Positions 1 through 9,819 of a DNA stretch of 32,000 nucleotides are shown piece after piece. The DNA comes from Promethearchaeota archaeon. GTDB lineage: Archaea > Asgardarchaeota > Lokiarchaeia > Sigyniarchaeales > SOKP01. Position numbers and translations under genes: made by a program. The notes under the pieces are model-generated. The model saw only the letters and a program-made list of their open reading frames with translations, had not been told where the DNA came from and ran no database searches. The DNA is taken from assembly GCA_030606485.1 (NCBI GenBank), contig JAUWGH010000002.1:360001-392000 (forward strand), written 5' to 3'. Position 1 is the first letter of the stretch, and each line of letters begins with the position of its first letter.

Positions 1-1
1 T

Positions 2-1321
2 CGTCCTTTCAAGCATGGGAAATAAGTGAGCTAAGCTAAACGCATAATTCCAAACATGAGTGCAATCTAAAGGACATGAACCTCCAGATAATTTACCTGT
101 AGATGCACCATTACATCCTTCGAATCCATGAAACGTTCCATCTCTCATCCAAAAACACGTGGGAGTCCTGATTGTAGAAAACGTAGATGATATGCTAGTT
201 AATACTTCAGATGGGAGATTACTTGAGAAAAATGCTTCATGAAATTGTTCAGTCTTTTCTAAAAGATATGTCCAATGCTCTCGTGCATATGCGATCACTT
301 TTAATGAATTACTGAACCATTTATTATAGTAATTTCCAATCCAAAATTCCGTTTGAGTATCAGGTATCATTGCTTTATTTATATTCCAATCAACTACACG
401 ATTAGGAAAATTCCACGCTAAAATAAATGTTATTACGGCACTCTCTTCGGGATTTAAAATTTTTTTAGTTGCAAGGCTTCCTGCCCATGTTTGGCCAATC
501 GCACTCATATCTTCAGAGTCAGATTGTGATAATACACCCTCGCGTGAAAAATGAGACCAAAAATCATTCAAATCCCGCCATTGGGTTGTGATTGTTGCTT
601 CAGACTGATCAATTGCCAATGTTAAATCTCCAAATCTTCTATCTTTTTTTAATATTGTTTTTGATCTCATGTAAATGGCGTGCCAATCACCAATTCGTCT
701 ATGAACATTAATATTACCACCAAATAAGGGATTAAATTCTCCTTTAATTCGTTTTTCTCCATCCCACCCTAAGAAATTGAGGAGACTACCCATTATAGTT
801 ATTTCATAGGGGAACTCAGAGTTGTTTTTGAGATAAAATTGAAAAATAATTAAGGGTAAACCCGAATTTTTTGAATCCAAGGGAATGAATGGATTAAAAG
901 CTACTAATCTAATATTAATCGGGAGTGAATTTTCTTTGAAATTTAAGAAAGAAATGGGATATTCCCCATCAAACTGAATCTCTTCAACACCTGGAAGTAT
1001 TTTGAACATATCTTCCATTGCTGCGGTTATTTTATGATCATTCGTGGTTTTTGGTGGTTTAAAACTAAGATCTTCATGAATATTAGGACAAATTAGAGCA
1101 TGACAATTTATTTTTTCAGAATTATTTCCTACTCTGCGTGTTCCGACCGCAAAAAAACTATTTGGCACAAATGCTGTATGTTTAATAGAATTTGTGATTT
1201 GCCATTGTTTGAGAAAGCCATCACCATCTATAGCAATTGAACCAGTGCCAATACCACCTAATGGCATCGCTGCGCATCGTAGTTTCTTTCCCGTTAATGG
1301 AAGAATTCCTTTTGGTTTCAT
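2..1321 (-). CDS. GH116 family glycosidase (non-lysosomal glucosylceramidase/GBA2-like), 3' end runs off the window
   Basis: Not in the ORF track (no stop inside the window). Manual translation from ATG at 1321 (upstream in-frame TAG at 1394-1396): MKPKGILPLTGKKLRCAAMPLGGIGTGSI..WQITN..GEYP..AFNPFIPLDSKNSGLP (GH116 N-terminal domain) and near the edge GFEGC..CTHVWNYAFSLAHLFPMLER (start of the catalytic domain; candidate nucleophile Glu at 119-121). Confidence 0.9.
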   Translation of the reverse strand, partial: MKPKGILPLTGKKLRCAAMPLGGIGTGSIAIDGDGFLKQWQITNSIKHTAFVPNSFFAVGTRRVGNNSEKINCHALICPNIHEDLSFKPPKTTNDHKITAAMEDMFKILPGVEEIQFDGEYPISFLNFKENSLPINIRLVAFNPFIPLDSKNSGLPLIIFQFYLKNNSEFPYEITIMGSLLNFLGWDGEKRIKGEFNPLFGGNINVHRRIGDWHAIYMRSKTILKKDRRFGDLTLAIDQSEATITTQWRDLNDFWSHFSREGVLSQSDSEDMSAIGQTWAGSLATKKILNPEESAVITFILAWNFPNRVVDWNINKAMIPDTQTEFWIGNYYNKWFSNSLKVIAYAREHWTYLLEKTEQFHEAFFSSNLPSEVLTSISSTFSTIRTPTCFWMRDGTFHGFEGCNGASTGKLSGGSCPLDCTHVWNYAFSLAHLFPMLERT

Positions 1322-1466
1322 AATTTTATTAATTCTATTAATAATTTTTATTTTTGATTTGTTTCTATTAAATTTATTTTTTTTGAATATTCTCTAATAT
1401 AATCTTTTAATATTTAGGAAAGTAATTTTCCCAAAATACAGCCAAAAATCTGGAAATTAACAAAAT

Positions 1467-3260
1467 TCAGATTGTTCTGAAAAAAAAATACACTAAAATT
1501 GTTGAGGCGATTACTGAAATTATAATTAATGCACCAAATTCATTTTTAGTTATTGGTTTTAGAATTTTTGTTATTAATGTAAGCAATATTGCAGATAATG
1601 GAATTCCGAGCCAAAATAAAAATGTAGTATTTACCGGAAAATTAGATGATGGTAGTGGGACAAATAATAGGAATAGCGATAATGTTATAAATCTCAATAA
1701 TAGATTGATTAAAAGCCCGTATTGTAATTTAAAGATCCGAATTATTAGAAAGTCTAGACAAAATACAAAAGAAATCAAAAAAATATTAATAAAAAATGTA
1801 GTAGTGAATATCGGGATCCCACCTATGGAGTATATATAATAAGCGAAAACATTATTAACCAATCCGAAGATTAGAAATGAAGAAAAAATCCAAATACAAT
1901 TTTTTATTAAGAATACAATTTCTTTTTTCTCAAATATGGTAAATTTATCTATGGATAGTAAAATAGGTAATTTTAATTTTAAAAATAAGAGAATACCTGA
2001 AATGATTATTAAACTCCCAAGAAAAAGAAAACCGATTATTAGAGATGGATTAATTAACAGTGATAAAAGCGTTGTTACTAATGATCCTGATATATAAATT
2101 ATAGAAACCCAGATTATAATCTTTAAATTTGGGTATTCCTTTTGGTTTTTAAAATAAAGCAAGGAATTTGGGCTATTTTGGCTTGGTTTTTTTTTCTTTT
2201 GTCTGAAATTACGAATATCAGAGTAGTATGGTATCCCCATATCACCAAAAAATAAAATCCATCCGCCAATTAAGAGGAAAAAAAGAAAGATAACCGAAAA
2301 GAACTCTAAATTATCTGCGGCGAATCCCTGAAATTCATACAGCTGATAATAAGATATTTCCTTATCGAGATTGGTAATATCAATACTTGAATTCCTGTAG
2401 TAGTGCAACAGCCACGAAATTGCATATTTTAAGGAGGTTTCATTGTTTATATTTTGCACATGATTAAGGTCAAGACGTTTAATCAATTCGATATCATTTC
2501 TGCTATCTCCACTCAGGGTTTGATATATTATTTGTGAATGTTCTAACTTAACAGTTATATCATCTGTTCCGTGGATTATCAATAGATTTCGAGTATTTGA
2601 ACTATTTAAAATTTCTACAGGTGAATTCTTTTTAATGGATTGTTCATCAAACTGTATTTCTAGAGTGTTTCCAATTAAATGCTGAATAGGAAAATTAATT
2701 AATAAGTCAGAAATATTTGAGAAGGGGTGATAAACAACGGTTGTTAGAATTCTTGGTTCTTGGGTTTGTGCGATTAAGGCAGCCCCACCACCATACGACA
2801 ATCCAAATAATCCAATTCTAGATGAATTAACTTGAGGATAATTGAGTTCTATGTAATCAATACATTTTGTAATATCAAAAGGCTCGTGTGCTAATAAACT
2901 TAATAAGCCATCACTATCCCCATGCCCTCTCTTATCTATAATAAAGACAAAAAATCCACGTTTTACCAATTCAAAACATTTCTCAGCATTACTTTCTTTT
3001 TTTGAATTAATACCCGGAATTAGAATTATGCCGTCTTGTGAGTGGTTTATATAAAGTCGATATTTTTCAGGCATCCAACAAATACCATTAATTCTTGTAT
3101 TTGCATAACCTGGAAATTCAAAATATTCGAGATAAATTTCATTCCCCTTAAGATAAATATCGTTAATTTGTTTTGAGATAATGGTGTTAGTAACAATAAA
3201 AAATACTGGTATTATTGATAAAATTAGAATTATAACTCCGATATATTGATTTTTTTTCAT
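1467..3260 (-). CDS. Membrane-anchored alpha/beta hydrolase with C-terminal multi-pass membrane domain
   Basis: ORF track 597 aa; N-terminal TM anchor, DKRGHGDS, nucleophile elbow GLSYG, IHGTDD (Asp), LNH (His), then several hydrophobic helices. Confidence 0.8.
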   Translation of the reverse strand: MKKNQYIGVIILILSIIPVFFIVTNTIISKQINDIYLKGNEIYLEYFEFPGYANTRINGICWMPEKYRLYINHSQDGIILIPGINSKKESNAEKCFELVKRGFFVFIIDKRGHGDSDGLLSLLAHEPFDITKCIDYIELNYPQVNSSRIGLFGLSYGGGAALIAQTQEPRILTTVVYHPFSNISDLLINFPIQHLIGNTLEIQFDEQSIKKNSPVEILNSSNTRNLLIIHGTDDITVKLEHSQIIYQTLSGDSRNDIELIKRLDLNHVQNINNETSLKYAISWLLHYYRNSSIDITNLDKEISYYQLYEFQGFAADNLEFFSVIFLFFLLIGGWILFFGDMGIPYYSDIRNFRQKKKKPSQNSPNSLLYFKNQKEYPNLKIIIWVSIIYISGSLVTTLLSLLINPSLIIGFLFLGSLIIISGILLFLKLKLPILLSIDKFTIFEKKEIVFLIKNCIWIFSSFLIFGLVNNVFAYYIYSIGGIPIFTTTFFINIFLISFVFCLDFLIIRIFKLQYGLLINLLLRFITLSLFLLFVPLPSSNFPVNTTFLFWLGIPLSAILLTLITKILKPITKNEFGALIIISVIASTILVYFFFRTI

Positions 3261-3404
3261 TTTTCTACTAGATTATTTTTCATGTTAAAATAATCAATAG
3301 TTATTTATCTTTTTTCTTTTCTGGCTATTAGAAGAAAAATTGCGGTAGTAGATATTTATTAGATTTTTCTTGTTTCCATTTTTTCAAATCTATTTTTATT
3401 TAAA

Positions 3405-5282
3405 TTATTTTCTTGGTAATTTAAAGTAAAAAGTAGTTCCATTATTCTTTCCAGCAGATTCAAACCACATTTCTCCACCGTGTAATTTAATTATTTCTTT
3501 TGATATAAAAAGACCTAAACCACTTCCATGAGAATCAAGTTCATATTTAACGATTTCTTCTCCTCTAATTTTCCCGAATTTTTGAAAAATTAATTCTTGA
3601 TCCTTTTCCTCAATTCCGATACCATTATCTTTTATTGAGAAAATGAAATTATTCTCATCATCAATTTGTGTAGAAATTTCAATTTTTCCATTTGAAGGTG
3701 TAAATTTAATCGCATTGGAAACAAGATTCGTTAATACTCGAGAGATTTTCTTATCATCAATATTTAACTTTATATCTTCCTGCATATCTTTTATGAGTTT
3801 ATGATTTTTCTGTTTTATTAAGAAAGAGAGATCAGAAATACACCAGTCTATTAAAGGATTAATTTCTATCTCTCTTTTACTTAATTTAACACTCTTTCTT
3901 TCAATTTGAGATGTATCCAAGAGATTATCGATCAATTCATTTAATTTTTTGCCACTATGTAAAATCTCATTTAAAGAATCTTTCTGTTGTTCAGTTAAGT
4001 TATTATCCTTTACCAGAAGTTGAGGTATGCCAATTATGGGAATTAACGGTGTTTTAAACTCGTGTGAGGCTATTGACGTAAAATCTCTATATCTTTTTTC
4101 GGATTCTTTTAATTTCTTTGTCCTTTCTTCTATTCTTTGTTCCAATTCTTTATTTAATTTTCTTAGTTTTTCCTCAGACTTTTTTAACTTTTTCTCGGCA
4201 ATTTTCCTTTCAGTAATATCTCTTGAAACTAGAAGATATTTCACTTCACCATTATTATCTATGAATGTACTTCCTCTAGTTTCAAACCAACGATATGTTC
4301 CATCCTTTCGTCTAGTTCTAACGTCTATTACACCCTCGCTTGTTTTAAGGACCTCTCTAAATTTTTTTAAGGATTGTTTAAGATCGTTAGGATGGATGAA
4401 ATCCAACACAGATTTGCCAATTAATTCTTCCTTTGTAAATCCCGATGCTTTTAAAAATGATTTTTCATTGAGATACTCTAATTTAAAGTTTTTATTAAGA
4501 ATAGATATTAAGTCATTTGCATTTTCTGATATTAATCGATATTTTTCTTCAGATTCTTTTAATTTTTGTTCTATCTTCTTGCGTTTAGTAAAATCTCTTA
4601 AAAATATAAGAAATTTTTTGTCTTCATTCTTATCTGTAAATATACTTCCGCTAATTTCCACCCAAATATGAGATCCATTTTTGTGTTTAATTCTTGCCTG
4701 AATGAATATCCTGCCTGTCTTAAAACCTTTCTGCATTGCTTCCAAAACCTCATTGAAATCATTAGAATGTACGAATTCTATTGGTCTTTTACCTATCACA
4801 TCGTCGATTAAATATCCAAGCATTTTAAAAAGAGGGTCTTTATTAACAAATTCGAATCTCAACTTTCTATTTAAAATAAGAATTAAGTCATTTGCATTCT
4901 CTGAAATAAGCCGATGTTTTTCTTCGGATTCTTTTAATATTTCTTCTGCTTTTGAGATCTGATTACTTAAAATAGACACAATAGTACCAATAATTACAAA
5001 CATAAATCCTCGAAGCAAATAATCAATATTAATATCATCCAATCCGGAGAAAAGAGTTAAAAAAATCAATAATCCGGCTAAAATTATAGGCACAATTAAC
5101 CCTTTCTTTTTCCACCAAAAACATGCTAAAAAAATGGGAACATAAAAAAAATGGGAAAAAACTATAGTAATGTTAAGTATTCTAAAAAAATAATATGTTA
5201 AAAAGCATGAGACAAACAAAAGGGCAATTATGACCAGAATTTTAAATTGCTCTTCATACCTTTTAATTTTTAATCTAAACAT
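3405..5282 (-). CDS. Membrane-bound PAS-PAS sensor histidine kinase
   Basis: N-terminal TM region (HFFYVPI..FWWKKKG), two PAS repeats (RLISENANDLI..FVHxND/FIHPND..WxE), coiled coil, H-box ASHEFKTP, N-box NLVSNAIKFT, DNGIGI, GSGLGL. Confidence 0.95.
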   Translation of the reverse strand: MFRLKIKRYEEQFKILVIIALLFVSCFLTYYFFRILNITIVFSHFFYVPIFLACFWWKKKGLIVPIILAGLLIFLTLFSGLDDINIDYLLRGFMFVIIGTIVSILSNQISKAEEILKESEEKHRLISENANDLILILNRKLRFEFVNKDPLFKMLGYLIDDVIGKRPIEFVHSNDFNEVLEAMQKGFKTGRIFIQARIKHKNGSHIWVEISGSIFTDKNEDKKFLIFLRDFTKRKKIEQKLKESEEKYRLISENANDLISILNKNFKLEYLNEKSFLKASGFTKEELIGKSVLDFIHPNDLKQSLKKFREVLKTSEGVIDVRTRRKDGTYRWFETRGSTFIDNNGEVKYLLVSRDITERKIAEKKLKKSEEKLRKLNKELEQRIEERTKKLKESEKRYRDFTSIASHEFKTPLIPIIGIPQLLVKDNNLTEQQKDSLNEILHSGKKLNELIDNLLDTSQIERKSVKLSKREIEINPLIDWCISDLSFLIKQKNHKLIKDMQEDIKLNIDDKKISRVLTNLVSNAIKFTPSNGKIEISTQIDDENNFIFSIKDNGIGIEEKDQELIFQKFGKIRGEEIVKYELDSHGSGLGLFISKEIIKLHGGEMWFESAGKNNGTTFYFKLPRK

Positions 5283-5939
5283 AATCCTACCTTATTTTTG
5301 ATTATTTCTTTTTTTGTTCTTAATAAATGAGACCATCTCTTATTTACACTCATCTAATTTATAAAATAATCTCATATTCAATGAGATATTAATAGGATAA
5401 TTATTCACAATTATTTTTTTAAATTTTAATTGAAAGATAAAATATTATATGTTCTATAGAGTTTCTATAGGTTTTCTTGTTTATATTTTATAGTTATTTC
5501 ACAAATAATTAATCAATATTTTAAATAATGTTTATTGATAGTTAAACAAACTTTAATATAAGTATTATTGAAATCAAATAGTAAATTGTAAATATCCAAT
5601 AAGGATATAGTCAAGTATCTACATATATTTTATGAAAATTTAAAAATGTTTTATGAATATTCTATCGTTATTTGATCAATATTCTATCAATCTAAAAGAA
5701 TTTTAACTCCTTTTTGTTAATTATATTCAATATTCCCTTTCTATACCAAATTTCGTTCATTTCCTATATAGGTACCATAATCATACTATGGAGCATCCAT
5801 GGGGAGGCTTCAATTTTGATATTATTACCTCGGTTATTTTTTATAATGATTCTATATATTTGCTATAGTGCGTTCATTAGATAAGCATTTTATAATTAAT
5901 TAGAAAATTATATATAAGGTTAGGTATAAGAAGATTTAA

Positions 5940-6131
5940 ATGATACAACGAAAAACTACTACTATTCAAATTTCTCTTAAGACTAAGGAATATTTAGATG
6001 AAATCAAAGAAAGAGAGCAATTATCAACCTATGATGCGGTTATACGAATTGTATTATTGAATTATGAATTGTTTAGGGAATTTAGGTTTAAAGATAAGAA
6101 AATTGATAAAAGTGAGAAAATAAAAGAATAA
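5940..6131 (+). CDS. Small ribbon-helix-helix-like DNA-binding protein
   Basis: 63 aa; beta-strand TTIQIS followed by two helices (KTKEYLDEIKE..STYDAVIRIVL), typical RHH/antitoxin-like layout. Confidence 0.55.
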   Translation: MIQRKTTTIQISLKTKEYLDEIKEREQLSTYDAVIRIVLLNYELFREFRFKDKKIDKSEKIKE

Positions 6132-6256
6132 GCATAAGTTATGTGAAATTATTTTTGAAGTTTTAAATTTTTAATAAAAGTTTTCTCAATAAAAGATTTA
6201 TTTAATTATTCCTCTAATTGAATTTAACAGGTGTAAAAAATAATTTTGGAAAGAAT

Positions 6257-7870
6257 TTAATCATCTTTTAGTGGTAATTCAAAGTAAAAAGTTGTCCCTT
6301 TATTTCTTCCTTCTGATTCGAACCAGATTTCACCACCATGGAGTTTAATGATTTCTTTTGAAATGTAAAGCCCCAGACCAGTTCCGTAAGTATCAAGGGC
6401 GTATTGAGATATTTTTGCTCCTCTTATTTTCCCGAATTTTTGAAAGACCAAATCTGCATCCTTTTTATCAATTCCAATCCCGTTATCCTTTATTGAAAAA
6501 ATAAAATTATCAGCAACATCGATTTGAGTAGAAATTTCAATTTTTCCATTTCGAGGTGTGTATTTAATCGCATTCAAAATGAGATTTGTTAAAACTCGAG
6601 ATATTTTCTTATCATCAATATTTAGCTTAACATTTTCTTTTAGTCTTTTTATTACTGTATGGTTATTATGTTTCATTAAGAAAGCGAGATCAGAAATGCA
6701 ACTGTTAATTAGAGGATTAATAGCCATTTCTCGTTTGGTTAATTCTATACTCTTGGCATCAATTTTGGTAGTGTCTAATAGGTTATCCATTAGTTCATTT
6801 AATTTTTTACCGCTTATCAAAATCTCATTAATAAAATCTTTCTGTTGTTCAGTTAAATTCGTATCTTTTAAAATGAGGTGAGGTATGCCAATAATTGGAA
6901 TTAATGGTGTTTTAAATTCATGAGAGGCCACTGAAATAAAATCCCTATATCGTTTTTCTGATTCTTGTAATTTTTTTTCCGCCTTCTTGCGTTCAGAAAT
7001 ATCAATTCCCATCCCTCCAAGATAAGGAATATTATTTATTATTATCCGTAGTCCTGTAAAATAATGAGGGGTTTTTCTCCCGCTTTTAGATATAAAATTC
7101 GCTTCTGCAGTAGATTTACCTTTAACAAAAACTTCTTGAATCCTTTCAGCAATATATTTCTTATCCTCTCCCTTAAAGAAATCAAGTATGCTCATTTTAG
7201 ATATTTCTTCACCCGAATACCCAGAAACTTCTTCAAAATTTTTATTCCATCGCATAAATTTGCCTTTCTCGTCAAATAAATAAAAGATTCCGGGTAAGCT
7301 ATCTAATACTGAATCAGAGAAAACCTTAGTTTTCCTAAATTTTTCGTCTGCCTTCTTGCGCTCGGTAATATCAATGATATTACCTTGCACAATCTCTTCT
7401 TTTTTTTTATTCACATACAGTTTATGAATATTTTCCATAACCCAACGGACTTTACCATTTTTATGTATAATTCGATACTCTCGACTATCGCAATTGATGG
7501 GTGTTGAATAAAATTTCTTTACTGCATTATTTATTCTTTCCAAATCATCTGGATAAATAATTTCATTCCACTTTATTCGTCCCGAAGTGAAATCTTCTTC
7601 CGTATATCCCGTCATTTCTTCAACATTACCTTCGAAAAATGCATCTGGAAAATCTTGATAGCCTTGAAATGCTATTCCATTAAAATTTTCTATAAAAATT
7701 CGATATTTTTTTTCTGAATCCTTTAATTTTTGTTCTAGATATTTAATCTCTGCTTTAGTGAATAAATTTTCATCAATAAGATTCTTTGCAACATCATAAG
7801 TCTTTTTAATTAAAGCAGTTAAAAGAAGACTATCATCTGGTAAAAAATCTAGCTCTTTTGAGATGTTCAA
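6257..7870 (-). CDS. Cytoplasmic PAS-PAS sensor histidine kinase
   Basis: No TM; PAS_3-like (WNEIIYPDD..YRIIHKNGKVRWV) and PAS (DEKGKFMRWNKNFEEVSGYS) domains; H-box ASHEFKTP, NLILNAIKYT, DNGIGI, GTGLGL. Confidence 0.95.
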   Translation of the reverse strand: MNISKELDFLPDDSLLLTALIKKTYDVAKNLIDENLFTKAEIKYLEQKLKDSEKKYRIFIENFNGIAFQGYQDFPDAFFEGNVEEMTGYTEEDFTSGRIKWNEIIYPDDLERINNAVKKFYSTPINCDSREYRIIHKNGKVRWVMENIHKLYVNKKKEEIVQGNIIDITERKKADEKFRKTKVFSDSVLDSLPGIFYLFDEKGKFMRWNKNFEEVSGYSGEEISKMSILDFFKGEDKKYIAERIQEVFVKGKSTAEANFISKSGRKTPHYFTGLRIIINNIPYLGGMGIDISERKKAEKKLQESEKRYRDFISVASHEFKTPLIPIIGIPHLILKDTNLTEQQKDFINEILISGKKLNELMDNLLDTTKIDAKSIELTKREMAINPLINSCISDLAFLMKHNNHTVIKRLKENVKLNIDDKKISRVLTNLILNAIKYTPRNGKIEISTQIDVADNFIFSIKDNGIGIDKKDADLVFQKFGKIRGAKISQYALDTYGTGLGLYISKEIIKLHGGEIWFESEGRNKGTTFYFELPLKDD

Positions 7871-8091
7871 TGAATTTAAAAGAATCTCTGCTTCCTTTTT
7901 ATTAAATGATAAACTAAAATCTCCCGTTATTTTAAAAACCTTTAATTTTTTTTCCTATTATGCATTTTTTTGTTTAATATTATAAAAATTTTATAACTTT
8001 TTGATAAATTTCTATTTTAACGTAATAATAACATTATTATCAAATAATTTATAAATAAAATTTAATAAAAAACAAAAAAAATGCGATTAAT

Positions 8092-9780
8092 ATGTCAGAA
8101 GAGGAATTCGCTCAACTTCCTCATTTTATTTGTGAGGTTGTAGAAAAATGGGCAAAGGAAAAACCTGATGCAATCGCCCTCATTGATGCTGATGATGATA
8201 AAAAAATCACTTGGAAAGAGTTCAATCAGGCAATAAATGTATTCGCAATGAAGTTATGGAAAATGGGTTTTCAAAAGGGAGATATTATAATAACTTCGCT
8301 TCCTTATTTTATGGAACATATATACTTGGCATATGCTTGTGCTAAGCTTGGAGTAATATGGTGCCCACTCGATTTACGGCTTAAACCACAAGAAATTTTG
8401 AGGAATATGAGTTTATTGAAAGAAAAAACGAAGATGTATTGTCATCTCGGTAAGACCTCTGTGGCTAACTTTGGGATAATAGGAAAGGCAGTTAAGGATA
8501 ATTGTCCTTGGATTGAATATTTTATTCAATTTAGCCCTCCTGGTGATAGAGTAAGAAAAGGGATTATCCCAGCATATGAATTTGCAGCGCAAGCTAAAGA
8601 AGAAGCATTGGCTGTGATGCAAAATCCTGAGGAAATGAAAACTTTTGAAGATGAATGTGATAAGGTAAAAGAAGATGATCCGATTTTAATTGTTTTCACT
8701 ACGGGAACGACGGGATGGCCGAAACCTGCAATGTTAACAAATGTCAGTATCACTTCTCAGAATATGTGCCTTTCTAAAGGTTTTGACATCGTGGAGGAAG
8801 ACTCAATGCTTGTTAATCTACCTCCAAGCCATGTAGGTGGAAATGCTGAGCAATTAATGACTACATTATATGTAGGCGGGACGGCTGTAGTTTTACATAT
8901 ATTCGATGCAAGGAAATCCCTTGACGCGATACAAAAATATAAAGTTTCAGCGATGGGGCAGATACCGGCACTTTTTGAAATGCAATGGCGCTTATCTGAT
9001 TATGATAAATATGACCTATCAAGTCTGAAATTTGCTCTTTATGGGGGACAGCAGGTAACTAGAATCTTTTTAGAAAAACTTTCAAAAATGGCACTTAAAT
9101 TTGGATCAGGGTTAGGATTAACAGAAGTCTCAGGATTTTGTTCATATACTCCATTAGATGGAACTGTTGATGATATTCTTGATAATTTGGGTCACGATTA
9201 TTCAATTACTCCTTTAAGTATCCGGAAGCCAATGAAAGAGGATGGCTCTGCTGGTGATGAATTTCCAACGGGACAAATCGGTGAAATTTGTTATACTGGA
9301 CCTCAAGTATTCAAGGGGTATTTTGGTAATGAAGAAGCTACAAGAAAGACAATTTCTACCGATGGTGTACTTTACACAGGTGATTTAGGATTTAAAGATG
9401 AGAAGGGCAACCTTCATCTAGCTGGAAGGGCTAAATTAATGATAAAACCAAAAGGATATAATGTATTCCCAATTGAAGTTGAAGAACATATATCAAAGTT
9501 GGATGGAGTTGCTTCAGTAGGCGTTGTTGGCGCTTATCATAATATTTTTACTGAAGGAATTGTAGCCTATGTTCAATTAAAACCCGGAGCTATATTATCT
9601 GAAGAACAGGTAATAGAACATTGCAAACAAATTGCATCATATAAAAGACCCTCCTTAGTTGTTTTTATTGATGAGATACCATTAAATAGAGTTGCTAAAA
9701 CCGATTATAAAATTTTAAAGGAGCGAGTTGTACAAGACGTAAAGAAGGCAAGAGAACAAGGAAAATGGGATGCTGATTAA
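8092..9780 (+). CDS. AMP-binding enzyme / acyl-CoA synthetase
   Basis: FTTGTTGWPK P-loop, GLTE, YTGDLG, GRAKLMIKPKGYNVFPIEVE, terminal Lys (VAKTD). Confidence 0.92.
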   Translation: MSEEEFAQLPHFICEVVEKWAKEKPDAIALIDADDDKKITWKEFNQAINVFAMKLWKMGFQKGDIIITSLPYFMEHIYLAYACAKLGVIWCPLDLRLKPQEILRNMSLLKEKTKMYCHLGKTSVANFGIIGKAVKDNCPWIEYFIQFSPPGDRVRKGIIPAYEFAAQAKEEALAVMQNPEEMKTFEDECDKVKEDDPILIVFTTGTTGWPKPAMLTNVSITSQNMCLSKGFDIVEEDSMLVNLPPSHVGGNAEQLMTTLYVGGTAVVLHIFDARKSLDAIQKYKVSAMGQIPALFEMQWRLSDYDKYDLSSLKFALYGGQQVTRIFLEKLSKMALKFGSGLGLTEVSGFCSYTPLDGTVDDILDNLGHDYSITPLSIRKPMKEDGSAGDEFPTGQIGEICYTGPQVFKGYFGNEEATRKTISTDGVLYTGDLGFKDEKGNLHLAGRAKLMIKPKGYNVFPIEVEEHISKLDGVASVGVVGAYHNIFTEGIVAYVQLKPGAILSEEQVIEHCKQIASYKRPSLVVFIDEIPLNRVAKTDYKILKERVVQDVKKAREQGKWDAD

Positions 9781-9819
9781 AAATAAATTAATTAATATCT
9801 TTTTAAATTTTCTATTTAC

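Noticed and set aside
1194-1397. ORF-track 67-aa plus-strand ORF
   Set aside because: Antisense shadow of the GH116 5' end, which has clear family motifs.
4027-7279. Plus-strand ORFs 4027-4671, 4702-4962, 6558-6881, 7064-7279
   Set aside because: Antisense to the two histidine kinases; no motifs of their own.
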